Assembly (NCBI GenBank): GCA_041664925.1
Contig: JBAYJV010000002.1
Span: 8,302-72,301, forward strand
Direction: 5' to 3'
Source: Minisyncoccota bacterium
GTDB taxonomy: Bacteria; Patescibacteriota; Minisyncoccia; JBAYJV01
Length of the DNA: 64,000 nt
A program made the position numbers and the translations under genes. The notes below the pieces were generated by a model. That model was not told where the DNA came from, did not search any database, and was given only the letters and a program-made list of their open reading frames with translations. Shown one piece after another: positions 35,896-45,143 of this stretch. Each line of letters begins with the position of its first letter. Positions within the stretch are counted from its first letter, which is position 1.

Positions 35896-36110
35896 AAACA
35901 TAAAATGGTCGACCACACATCTAAGCTTATTATTGAAAGGTTAATTAACCTTTTCTCTGATTTTCAACGTATCGTAGGGCGTAGTACGAAATACGCAATA
36001 CGAAATACGATTTGAAAAATCGAGAACTTAAATTGATCTTAGTTATGAAAAAAGAATGAAGAAACCAAAGGAGGCTTCTGCATTTCAAAATCATAACTTA
36101 AATTAAAAAA

Positions 36111-37208
36111 ATGAAAAAAGTAATAGCAATTTACACTATCTTAGCAACTATTTGCTGGATAGTAAGCCCAGCATTCGTTGGCGCTATTGATACTGGACTA
36201 ACGAAGGATTCGGGCAGTGGAGCAAACCCAATTGTTAAAGCAAGTTGGGAAATGTATCCATCCGCGACACAAGGACTTAATGGTCGTGATGACTCGACAG
36301 ATCCAGCTTCACAATTTAAGGCATCAGGAATTTATGATTCAGATAAAACCATTCAAGTTTGTTCCATTGTAACAGATACTGATGGCATGACTGACATTAA
36401 TAATGTTTATGCTGATATTTATTATCCAACAGGAATATCGGGAAAACCAGTTCATCCAACTTGGGGATGTGGCAATCCTCATGGTAATGAATTTCTTTTG
36501 AGCCAGCTTCTTAAGGCTGATGGCATAACACTTGTTTGCAACGAATTGCAAAATAGTACTACTAATTCCAACTTAATTACTTGGGAAACAGGTTATAGCT
36601 ATACCGAAGTCTGTAATCCTGACGGAGAGCTAATGAAGGGCACTGCTTATGTGTATTGTGGATCAGCAGTACTTGATTACGAAGACCCATCAGGTGATTA
36701 TCGAACATTAGTCTTAGCTCAAGATAAGAGTGGTAAAAATGGAACCAACGGAACATCAGGACATCCTTTCACTTATCTTGCTACAACTGCTTACGAAGTT
36801 GATTTCAACAAAATCTCTTATGGTGCAGTTAAGTTGGGTACTACCAAAACCATCAATGGTAATTTAGCTTGGGATAGCGTTGGAACCAATAACGCTACTG
36901 TAAGAAATGTAGGAAATACACGATTAGCCATGACGGTACAACAGAACGATATGGGTCTTGGTATGACTGGCTCAGACTATAATGTGTCTTATGGTGCAAG
37001 ATTAGGCAATGATGCCGCATTTGCTCCATACGCTCCAAATGCTGCAGCGAAACAATTATTAGCTGAATTGGATCTTTCATCATCGAATGAAATGGATTTC
37101 ACAATTAATGTGAGTAAATTCCCAGTTACTGGATCAGACACATTCACTGGTACGATGACTCTCGGTGCTGTTTATGTAGATCATCTACTTTCACCTTGCG
37201 AAAACTGA
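36111..37208 (+). CDS. Secreted protein (signal peptide; Thr/Gly/Asn-rich), unknown function
   Basis: N-terminal MKKVIAIYTILATICWIVSPAFVGA signal. First gene of the surface locus. Confidence 0.55.
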   Translation: MKKVIAIYTILATICWIVSPAFVGAIDTGLTKDSGSGANPIVKASWEMYPSATQGLNGRDDSTDPASQFKASGIYDSDKTIQVCSIVTDTDGMTDINNVYADIYYPTGISGKPVHPTWGCGNPHGNEFLLSQLLKADGITLVCNELQNSTTNSNLITWETGYSYTEVCNPDGELMKGTAYVYCGSAVLDYEDPSGDYRTLVLAQDKSGKNGTNGTSGHPFTYLATTAYEVDFNKISYGAVKLGTTKTINGNLAWDSVGTNNATVRNVGNTRLAMTVQQNDMGLGMTGSDYNVSYGARLGNDAAFAPYAPNAAAKQLLAELDLSSSNEMDFTINVSKFPVTGSDTFTGTMTLGAVYVDHLLSPCEN

Positions 37209-37445
37209 ACAGATAATGATATAGGCGGGGGATTTCCAGCGCCTTGATAGGCACGGAAAAATTCCTTCGTGAAGGGGGAGGCTCTCACTGTCTCAATGAG
37301 ACATGAGCGCCTTCTCCGGAGAGGCTTGTGGCTGACCGTAGCCGTTAACCGCGAATCCTCCTTCGTTTCGGTTTAACCGGGACTACGGACGGACGCAGTC
37401 GTTAATCGTGAATCGTCGGCGACAAACTTCTCTGAACATATAATC
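37205..37445 (+). promoter_or_regulatory. GC-rich (~52%) structured intergenic leader between two AT-rich secreted-protein genes; candidate cis-regulatory RNA
   Basis: Multiple stems: TGTCTCAATGAGACA; GCCTTCTCCGGAGAGGC; CCGTAGCCGTTAACCG...CGGTTTAACCGGGACTACGG. Confidence 0.25.
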
Positions 37446-37501
37446 AATATTTAGGAAGTGCGGACTTCCAAAGGAAGACCGACTTCCACTTTAATAAAAC
37501 T

Positions 37502-38455
37502 ATGAAAAAGATTTATTTAGCCATTACATTACTATTAGCTTCAATTTTTGTCTTGCCTCAATTTGCCGGTGCAATTGGACAAGTAACTCAACCAATTGTC
37601 TTAAAGGATGTTTTAAGGGGACAGACAGTCCAAGCAGATTTAATATTGCTTAATTCGGACACAAAAGTTATTACCTATGAATTATCAGCCGAAGGAGCAA
37701 TTGCTAAATGGGCGAAGTTTTACAAGAAAGATGACTCAATTAATCCAATTACGACAATTCAAGTTCCAGCTACAAGCACAATAGGTTGTGTTATAAAATT
37801 AACTATTCCTCAAGATACGCCCAACGGTGAATATAAAGGACAAGCAATGATTACAACCATAGAAACAGAAGGCGAAACAGCAGGAGAATCAAACGCCTCT
37901 ATTAGATTGAGGATTGGAAGAGATATTTCCATTACTATTACAGACCAAGAAATTCTTAAATTCACAGCATTAGTAACCCCCATGAAGTATGTAATTGCAA
38001 GCAACGAATTACTAAAAACGAGAATTATTTACAGCAACCAGGGCAATATTTTAATTAAACCAACGGTTGATTTTAAAATTTTGAAAGATAATCAGGTTAT
38101 TTTTAACGCGATTTATCCTTATCCAGAAGGAGATGAAGGAGTTATTCCTTTTACCCAAAAAATCATCCCTCTAATTGAATGGCCTACTAGTGGACACGAA
38201 AATGGTATGTATCAAGCACAGATTAAAACACTATTAAATGGCGTAGTACAAGGTGAGTATAAATTTGCATTTGAAGTTGGTCGTGATCTCTCTTGGTATT
38301 TGGCAGCGCTTGCTTCAATCGGTCCAGGAAAAGTTGGTTTGATTTTGATTGCGATTGGAATTGTGCTGATTGGGATATTTGCGGTAAGGACATTCGTCTT
38401 TAAAAAAAAAGATTGGGAACTAGCCGCAGGGTTTTTTAGAAACCTATTCTCGTAA
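37502..38455 (+). CDS. Secreted protein with C-terminal TM anchor
   Basis: Signal peptide MKKIYLAITLLLASIFVLPQFAGA. C-terminal LILIAIGIVLIGIFAV followed by a basic tail. Confidence 0.55.
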   Translation: MKKIYLAITLLLASIFVLPQFAGAIGQVTQPIVLKDVLRGQTVQADLILLNSDTKVITYELSAEGAIAKWAKFYKKDDSINPITTIQVPATSTIGCVIKLTIPQDTPNGEYKGQAMITTIETEGETAGESNASIRLRIGRDISITITDQEILKFTALVTPMKYVIASNELLKTRIIYSNQGNILIKPTVDFKILKDNQVIFNAIYPYPEGDEGVIPFTQKIIPLIEWPTSGHENGMYQAQIKTLLNGVVQGEYKFAFEVGRDLSWYLAALASIGPGKVGLILIAIGIVLIGIFAVRTFVFKKKDWELAAGFFRNLFS

Positions 38456-38675
38456 GAGTAAGTTTAAAACTCCTGCCTACCGGCAGGCAGGCAAAAGTCA
38501 AAAGTTAAAGCCACAGTTCAAAAATCAAAACTTTAGTAGCTCATAAGTTTTAAGTTATGGTTTTGCACTTTAAGCTTTGCGCTTTGAATTAAATACAATG
38601 AAATTAAGATTTAAACATTGTTTCGAGTTTCGGATTTAGAAATTCGAATTTAAGCAAGAGATTTTTAAAAGTATA

Positions 38676-41600
38676 ATGATTAAAAAACGATACAACAAAA
38701 TATTATTAAGCAGCTTAACGATCTTAATGCTCGTTTTGCAGACTTGTAGTTTTGGAACAACGAATGTTTTGAATACTTTTAAGGTGGAAAAATCTCTTGC
38801 CAATGATATGTGTTCTGTTGACACGGATACGATTTTAATTATGGACAGGTCTGGTAGTATGGCGGATGGAGCAGCTCAAAGCAAATGCGAATGGTGGAGA
38901 ATGGAATGGGTAGTTAATACTTTTCAATGGGTTTTTCATACGGATTACAATGTAACACAAGAATGGTGTAGTGCAAAAAATCTTCCAAATCCAAGAAATT
39001 CAGTATTTTATCCTGCAGTTAAAAGTAAGATTCAGAATGCCAAAGATGCAGCGGATACATTTTTGGATAATTTTAAATCAAATGATCAAAGCGCCTTGGT
39101 GTCTTACGCGACCACTGCAACTCTTGACAAAACTCTTTCAAATAATCATGCCTCCACACTTACGGCCGTCAACGCTTTAACGCCTTCAGGCGCAACAAAT
39201 ATCGGCGATGCCATCAAATTAGGCATCCAGGAATTATCGTCTGTGAGAGCCCGAGCGCAGGCGACAAAAGCGATGGTGCTTTTAACGGATGGCTTGGCAA
39301 ACAAACCCAACGGCGATGGACAAAATGAAAATCCCTTGGATGTCGCTTATGCTGAATCTCAGGCAACAATCGCTGCTGGTCTTGGTTATAAAATCTTTAC
39401 CGTCGGATTGGGTGACGATGGACAAATTGACCAAACAATGTTACAAAATATTGCGACGATTACGGGTGCGACTTATCACCATGTGCCCAATGGCAGTGAT
39501 TTATCGCCAATTTATGATGAAATAGCTTATCAAGTTTGTCAATACGGTTCAATCTCGGGTTGCAAATACGAAGACAAAAATAATAACAGCGCTCTTGACA
39601 ATGGCGAAGAAGGATTGTCTGGCTGGGAAATGGTTTTATCCACCGGCACCTCGACGACTTTATATCAAGACACCGATCAAAACGGTTGTTATCAATTCGC
39701 TGGACTGACCGATGGCAGCTATGCTATCTTCGAAGGTCCTAATTTGGACAAAGGCGACTTCACGCTTACCAGTCCGAGCGTCAACCTCTACGACAATTTA
39801 ATTATTTCAAATCATAACAATATCGCTGATATTGACTTTTTGAATTATTTACCTTCTTGCGGAAACAGCATTACTGATAGTAGCGAACAATGCGATGATG
39901 GTAATTTAATTGATGGCGACGGCTGTTCAGTGACTTGTACGACCGAACAAATTGATTGCGATCAAATCGGTTCAACAGAAATTTCCCGCGAATGCTCTTC
40001 TGACGGCGAAGCTAGCGTTACTTATGCTTGGAATAACGATCAATGCGGTCAAAACTACACTCAAGATGAAACAGATTCTTTGTGCGCTTGTCAAGCGTCA
40101 GATACCGGAGTACAAGGCGAGTGCGTTTCTAATGGCGAGAGACAGCATTACTATACATACAATTACGAATACTGCGGCGCGGATTACGAAGAACCTCAAG
40201 CCGATGCAACTTGCAATTGCGTTGCTTCAGAATCAGGTAGAGAATGTGTCGGCGATAATTCCGCAGAAGTTACCTATTCATACAATTACGATTTTTGTGA
40301 AGCGGATTATACCGAGACTAAAGAAGATTTATCTTGCGGGTCTGAATATCAATGCGGCGATTGGCAAGACGAAGAATGTGTTGATAATGCCTTGAGACAG
40401 CAAACCCGAACTTGCGAGGATCAATATGGAACTTCTTATCCAGAATCGCGATCAGTCAGTGATGATACTTGCGGCTGCCAATCTTCAGAAACAGATCGAA
40501 CTTGCGCAGGCGATGGTTACGCCGATGTCAGCTTCACTTACAATTTTGGATATTGCGGAACGGATTATCAGTCCCAAGAAACTGATAGCTCTTGCGGCTG
40601 TCAGTCATCAGACACTAATCAAGAAGGTGAATGTGTGGGAGATGGCTTGAGGCAACATTATTTTACATACAATTACGGTTACTGCGGCTCAGATTTTGAA
40701 AATCCCCAATCCGATCCGACTTGCGCTTGTGTCGCCTCTGAATTATCAAGAGAATGTAAAAATTCTTCTGAAGCGGACGTAACCTATTCTTATAATTTTG
40801 AATATTGCGGAGCAAATTATACTCAAACCGAAGAAGATTTATCCTGCAATTCGGATTATGAATGTAGCGCTTGGGAAGATGGCGATTGTTCAGGTGATGG
40901 AACAAGAGAACAATCAAGAACTTGCGAAGATCAATACGGAAGCTCTTATCCAGATTCGCGATCAACCAATGATGCTGCTTGCGGATGTGTTGAGACGGAA
41001 GTTTCAGGATCTTGCACGGACACAACTTACAGAGAATTTACTTTCACTTACAATTTTTCATACTGTACTCAAAAACCAGCTGAACAAAGAGATGACTCAA
41101 GCTGTGGCGGTGGAGGCGGCGAGACCTGTGAATATTCTACTTGGCAAGACGGTGAATGTTATGCCGATGGAATGAGACAACAAACGAGAACTCAAACAAA
41201 CACTCTTGACGGTTGCACCGATTTAACACAGAATATTTCAGACACTTCTTGTGATTGTGTTGAGACGGAAGTGCAAGGATCTTGCACAGACACAACTCAC
41301 AGAGAATTTACTTTCACTTATAATTTTTCATATTGCACCCAAAAACCAGCTGAACAAAGAGTTGACTCAAGTTGCGGCGGTGGTGGGGGAGGCGGTGATA
41401 GTCTCGGTTCTATTTCTGGTTGTAAATATTTAGATGCAAATTATAATTATAATATTTTAGACGATACCGTGACACTTTCCGGTTGGGACATATTATTATC
41501 GGGTTCGGCTAGCACAACCACGGCGACTGATGTTAATGGTTGTTATATTTTCAGAGATTTATCGGCAGGAACTTATCAAGTAAAGGAAGGTGTTAATTTT

Positions 41601-42881
41601 AGCAAGATGCCGTTTATCCAAACTTATCCGACAAGCACGCCGACATATAATTTTACTCTTGGAGAAAGCGAGGATAAATTAAATATAAACTTTGGCAATT
41701 ATTTGCCCGTCTGCGGAAATGGAGTTTTGGATAATAATTATAATGAAAAATGCGATGACGGCAATTTAACCGATGGCGATGGCTGTTCAAAAACTTGCCA
41801 AGTAACTTATCAATGTAATGACGGTGTTGATAATGATGACAACGGCAAGATTGATTATCCCGAGGATTCAGGGTGTTCAAGCTCAACTGATAATACTGAA
41901 AAAACCGAATCTTCAGGTGGCGGTGGCGGCGGATCGGTGATTCTTCCACCTGTGGCAGAACTTAATATATTTAATGAAGGCGAAAGCGTCGGCGGCGATA
42001 TTGCCCATTTCATATGGGAAACCAATCTTAATTCCAACAGCACAATTATTTATTCAGCTGAGGACGAAGGCCATGTTTTAAATAAAAATAATCCAGGGCT
42101 TTACGGCTATGCCCATTCCTATAAAAATCCCAGCGATGACTTAGGTGTGATTTTGCACAGTGTAGATATTCCATGGCTTAGAGTTTGCACAACTTATTAT
42201 TATAGAGCAGTTTCAATGACTGGATCCGTCGGCACAGCTTTTGGCAACGAAAGATCATTTAAGACTCTTTGCCCAGCGACGATTGTTGAGCCGATACCTT
42301 CCGGGGTGGGTGGTCCGACAGGGGAGTTGGGCGAAGTTAAAGTCGTAACTCCTGTAGTAGAACAAACTGAACCGGAAGTTACCCATTCGACAAGCTCAGG
42401 GCAAGCAACTCCAGAAGAAATTGCTCAAACAAATGGCGGATTTTTGGCAAGTCTCGCGAATCTTCTTAATGGTTTTGGCGGAACGTGTTTTGCTGGTTTT
42501 CCTTGGTGGCTGATCTTCGTCTTCGCTCTCTATCCTGCTTTTAAAATTTACGAAGCTTACAGACAGAAAAATAAAAGACATTCGCTTTTCTCTTGGGTTG
42601 CCTTATTTATTGTCCATATCGCATTGGCGCTTGCTTTCTACTTTGCGAATGTGTTGATTATTTTTATCTGGGTTTTCCTTGCGCTTGGATTTGCCAACTT
42701 TTTCACTAACTATTTTGTATCATTTAGAAAAGAAGAAGATAAAAATATATTTCTTGTTGAACTTCTGACGATTTTAATTTTAGAAATTCTTACTCTAATT
42801 CTTAGTTGTCTTTATCTCTGGCTGGTCTTATTTATTCTTTTGATCTGTTTGGCGATTACCCTTTCATTTAAGAAAAAATAA
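38676..42881 (+). CDS. Giant surface protein (1401 aa). Domain order: signal peptide, vWA (MIDAS) domain, SdrD-B/Cna-B-like domains, ~10 Cys-rich repeats, two Myxococcus-type Cys-rich (DUF4215-like) repeats, poly-Gly linkers, C-terminal polytopic membrane anchor.
   Basis: vWA: ILIMDRSGSMAD ... TNIGDAIKLG ... MVLLTDGLAN. DUF4215-like: CGNSITDSSEQCDDGNLIDGDGCSVTC and CGNGVLDNNYNEKCDDGNLTDGDGCSKTC. SdrD-B-like: ISGCKYEDKNNNSALDNGEEGLSGWEMVL...DQNGCYQF. Repeated ...C..D...R...TYNY.YCG.DY....D..C modules. C-terminal ~150 aa form multiple TM helices. Confidence 0.75.
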   Translation: MIKKRYNKILLSSLTILMLVLQTCSFGTTNVLNTFKVEKSLANDMCSVDTDTILIMDRSGSMADGAAQSKCEWWRMEWVVNTFQWVFHTDYNVTQEWCSAKNLPNPRNSVFYPAVKSKIQNAKDAADTFLDNFKSNDQSALVSYATTATLDKTLSNNHASTLTAVNALTPSGATNIGDAIKLGIQELSSVRARAQATKAMVLLTDGLANKPNGDGQNENPLDVAYAESQATIAAGLGYKIFTVGLGDDGQIDQTMLQNIATITGATYHHVPNGSDLSPIYDEIAYQVCQYGSISGCKYEDKNNNSALDNGEEGLSGWEMVLSTGTSTTLYQDTDQNGCYQFAGLTDGSYAIFEGPNLDKGDFTLTSPSVNLYDNLIISNHNNIADIDFLNYLPSCGNSITDSSEQCDDGNLIDGDGCSVTCTTEQIDCDQIGSTEISRECSSDGEASVTYAWNNDQCGQNYTQDETDSLCACQASDTGVQGECVSNGERQHYYTYNYEYCGADYEEPQADATCNCVASESGRECVGDNSAEVTYSYNYDFCEADYTETKEDLSCGSEYQCGDWQDEECVDNALRQQTRTCEDQYGTSYPESRSVSDDTCGCQSSETDRTCAGDGYADVSFTYNFGYCGTDYQSQETDSSCGCQSSDTNQEGECVGDGLRQHYFTYNYGYCGSDFENPQSDPTCACVASELSRECKNSSEADVTYSYNFEYCGANYTQTEEDLSCNSDYECSAWEDGDCSGDGTREQSRTCEDQYGSSYPDSRSTNDAACGCVETEVSGSCTDTTYREFTFTYNFSYCTQKPAEQRDDSSCGGGGGETCEYSTWQDGECYADGMRQQTRTQTNTLDGCTDLTQNISDTSCDCVETEVQGSCTDTTHREFTFTYNFSYCTQKPAEQRVDSSCGGGGGGGDSLGSISGCKYLDANYNYNILDDTVTLSGWDILLSGSASTTTATDVNGCYIFRDLSAGTYQVKEGVNFSKMPFIQTYPTSTPTYNFTLGESEDKLNINFGNYLPVCGNGVLDNNYNEKCDDGNLTDGDGCSKTCQVTYQCNDGVDNDDNGKIDYPEDSGCSSSTDNTEKTESSGGGGGGSVILPPVAELNIFNEGESVGGDIAHFIWETNLNSNSTIIYSAEDEGHVLNKNNPGLYGYAHSYKNPSDDLGVILHSVDIPWLRVCTTYYYRAVSMTGSVGTAFGNERSFKTLCPATIVEPIPSGVGGPTGELGEVKVVTPVVEQTEPEVTHSTSSGQATPEEIAQTNGGFLASLANLLNGFGGTCFAGFPWWLIFVFALYPAFKIYEAYRQKNKRHSLFSWVALFIVHIALALAFYFANVLIIFIWVFLALGFANFFTNYFVSFRKEEDKNIFLVELLTILILEILTLILSCLYLWLVLFILLICLAITLSFKKK

Positions 42882-42969
42882 ATTTTTCCCACTTCAATTC
42901 ACTAATGTACGAGATTCGACCTCGTACATTTTATATCTTGACAAAAAGAACGGTTTTGATAATATAGAT

Positions 42970-43072
42970 AGTGGCAATCCTGCAACCCACGGATGCTGGA
43001 TGCCAGGGGTAATTGGTACCCCACCGTACCCTCCCGCGCAGAGAGGGAGGACGAGCCTCCCTCTCCCTTTTC
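42970..43072 (+). ncRNA. Candidate small RNA E (same promoter/terminator architecture; shares TCCTGC(A/C)ACCC(A/G)C..GCTGG motif with sRNA C)
   Basis: TTGACA (42938-42943), 16-nt spacer, TAATAT. Terminator GAGAGGGAGGACGAGCCTCCCTCTCC + T-run (43041-43071). The overlapping 72-aa minus ORF is judged spurious. Confidence 0.3.
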
Positions 43073-43152
43073 TTCGATTCATAGGAATTGAAAAAAACAA
43101 ATCCCGCATCACACGATACGGGGTTTTTTGATTGCGTTTCTGAATTATTATT

Positions 43153-43482
43153 TCAGCTTCCTCTTACTTTCCACAAAAAATAATTAAAATAATTCTGCCA
43201 CTGTTTGTTGTTTGAATGATACTCGTTGTCGTAAATAAAATAATCCACTAATGCTTCGCGTGTTTTTGTAATCTCTCTAAGTCGCGATTGATTTTTTACA
43301 TCGCTAATCGTTAAATCTATAAGTTCAAGTCCTCTGAAAAATGCTTGGCGAGAGTAATCAGGATTATTTTTATTTTTCCATGAAATTGTTCTTTCGATTT
43401 CACTTCCGACATTTGCCATCTGTTCAAAAAAAGAAAGCTTAACCCATCCACCATCCGCCAACTGTTTATGTTGAAAAGCCAT
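43153..43482 (-). CDS. Hypothetical protein (109 aa; helical, possibly HEPN-like)
   Basis: ORF only. Lies next to the TA pair. Confidence 0.4.
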   Translation of the reverse strand: MAFQHKQLADGGWVKLSFFEQMANVGSEIERTISWKNKNNPDYSRQAFFRGLELIDLTISDVKNQSRLREITKTREALVDYFIYDNEYHSNNKQWQNYFNYFLWKVRGS

Positions 43483-43683
43483 AATTTGATTAAATTATTG
43501 ACCGATTTGTGTCTTCCTTCTAATCCTATCAAAAATTCAGTCGATTGACAACTAACAAAACAAAACCCACAACGATACAATTTTACATTAAACAACATTA
43601 AAACACGACAGTTGTGGATAAATAATATTGATTAATTAATACAGTTGTATTACAATAGAATTATATCAACTAACTACAATTAT

Positions 43684-43917
43684 ATGCGCCAAGTAATAAG
43701 TTTATCTTTTGCAGAAAATGTCGCCAAAGAGGTTAAAACCCTTTCTAGAAAAAGAGGATATTTTTCTGTTAGTAAATATATTCAAGGATTAGTAGAGATG
43801 GACAAGGAAATCATTTCTGAACAGGAGTTGTTAAGTTCAATTAAACAGTCAAGACAGGAATACAAAAAGGGCAAAGCGATTACTGCTAAATCAATGGCAG
43901 AACTATATGATAATTAA
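43684..43917 (+). CDS. Putative antitoxin of RelE/ParE-type TA pair
   Basis: Small ORF (MRQVISLSF...) overlapping the toxin gene start by 11 nt. Start chosen at the internal ATG. Confidence 0.45.
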   Translation: MRQVISLSFAENVAKEVKTLSRKRGYFSVSKYIQGLVEMDKEIISEQELLSSIKQSRQEYKKGKAITAKSMAELYDN

Positions 43918-44179
43918 GGCTATTTATTATTCTAAAAAATTTCAGCAAGAATTAAAGAAACTGCCAAAAGAAATTGTTAATTTAGCAATTAAAAAAGAAT
44001 CGTTGTTCAGAAAGAACCCACTACACACTTCTTTGCGCCTTCACGAATTACATGTAAAGTTTCAAGGCATTTGGTCTATATCTATAACGGGAAATTATAG
44101 AATCATCTTTGAGAGGATGACTAATGGCGATATCCTGTTCATCTCTATCGGCAAGCACGATATTTATAGATATTTATAA
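43907..44179 (+). CDS. RelE/ParE-family type II toxin
   Basis: 90 aa with ...LHELHVKFQGIWSISITGNYRIIFERMTNGDILFISIGKHDIY, the characteristic RelE/ParE C-terminal pattern. Confidence 0.7.
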   Translation: MIIKAIYYSKKFQQELKKLPKEIVNLAIKKESLFRKNPLHTSLRLHELHVKFQGIWSISITGNYRIIFERMTNGDILFISIGKHDIYRYL

Positions 44180-44249
44180 AAAAAGTTTACTTGCGCAAAC
44201 TTCTTTTGACGGAAGAATGATTTACGGAGGTCCGTCCTCCGTAAATTTT

Positions 44250-45143
44250 TTATTCCCTTTCCCTTCTTTTTTGCCAAAGAAGAATTAAAAGAAGAATAAG
44301 AAGTAAGATAAAGAAAAGGAGAATAAGAAAAAACCTTGTTTCGTTACTATTGTCGACGAGATCCTTCATTTCATTCAGGATGACAGGTGGCAAGATAGAA
44401 AATAAATTGGACTGAAGGGGAAGGGGAGACAAGGAATGCAGAGGAGATATGGGATATATAGGAATAGTGGAAGATGAGGACGAGGGATAATACAAAGGAG
44501 ACAGAGAAGATGTGGGAGATAAGGGGGATACAGGAATAATACTTTCTGTCTGTATTATATTTTCCGGTTGAGAACTTGTAGAGTTCTCATTTTTTGTATT
44601 ATTTTCTGGTGAATTCATTGGCGAATCTTCTTTATTTGGCGAACTATTATAAATTCCTGGCAAAACAACAGATCCGAAAGTTTCATGACTGTCGCCAATC
44701 TGAGTGACATTAATTTTAAAATCAGCCCCAAGAGATCCTGCTTGAAATTCATTTCCAGAGTTTTGGAGAAAAACTATTTCAAGGGAAATGTTTTTACTTG
44801 AGTTTCGCGGAATATTGGCAACAAAAATACCTTCTTTAAATAATTCTGAAAGCGAAATCGGTTTGTCTTTATCAAAAGACAAGAGAAGAACTGAAGCGAG
44901 ATTCTTTTTTTCAGAAATTTTATTGGCTCCCAAATAGACACTAATATCAAAATTTTCGTGGTTATCAATGGTAATTTCTTTAGTTTCGCTTTTCCCCGGG
45001 ATTAAATTATTTAGATTAAAAGGCAGGCTGCCAAAATCAATAAAAATCTGCTTATCGCCAAATTGTTCTGTTTTGGCAAAAAACAAAGACGGAATTAAGA
45101 GGAAAGCAATGATTAAATATTTTAGCAATTTAATTTTGGTCAT
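44250..45143 (-). CDS. Secreted protein with Pro/Ser-rich linker and C-terminal TM anchor; part of TasA/SipW locus
   Basis: N-terminal signal. C-terminal ILLFFILLLILLLILLWQKRRERE. The linker is SPLSPTSSLSPLYYPSSSSS... Confidence 0.5.
   Translation of the reverse strand: MTKIKLLKYLIIAFLLIPSLFFAKTEQFGDKQIFIDFGSLPFNLNNLIPGKSETKEITIDNHENFDISVYLGANKISEKKNLASVLLLSFDKDKPISLSELFKEGIFVANIPRNSSKNISLEIVFLQNSGNEFQAGSLGADFKINVTQIGDSHETFGSVVLPGIYNSSPNKEDSPMNSPENNTKNENSTSSQPENIIQTESIIPVSPLSPTSSLSPLYYPSSSSSTIPIYPISPLHSLSPLPLQSNLFSILPPVILNEMKDLVDNSNETRFFLILLFFILLLILLLILLWQKRRERE

Noticed and set aside
37205-37445. c-di-GMP-I riboswitch.
   Set aside because: Only a partial GACGCA match. The GCAAACC and tetraloop-receptor features are lacking.
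38676-42881. Possible DGR variable region or template region, given the near-identical ~130-nt segments at about 41010 and 41270.
   Set aside because: The repeats are in-frame domain duplications inside one gene. The mismatches are not adenine-specific. No reverse transcriptase is present in the window.
42894-43112. 72-aa minus ORF.
   Set aside because: It overlaps the promoter, body and terminator of sRNA-like unit E. It is Gly/Pro/Arg-rich nonsense with no RBS.
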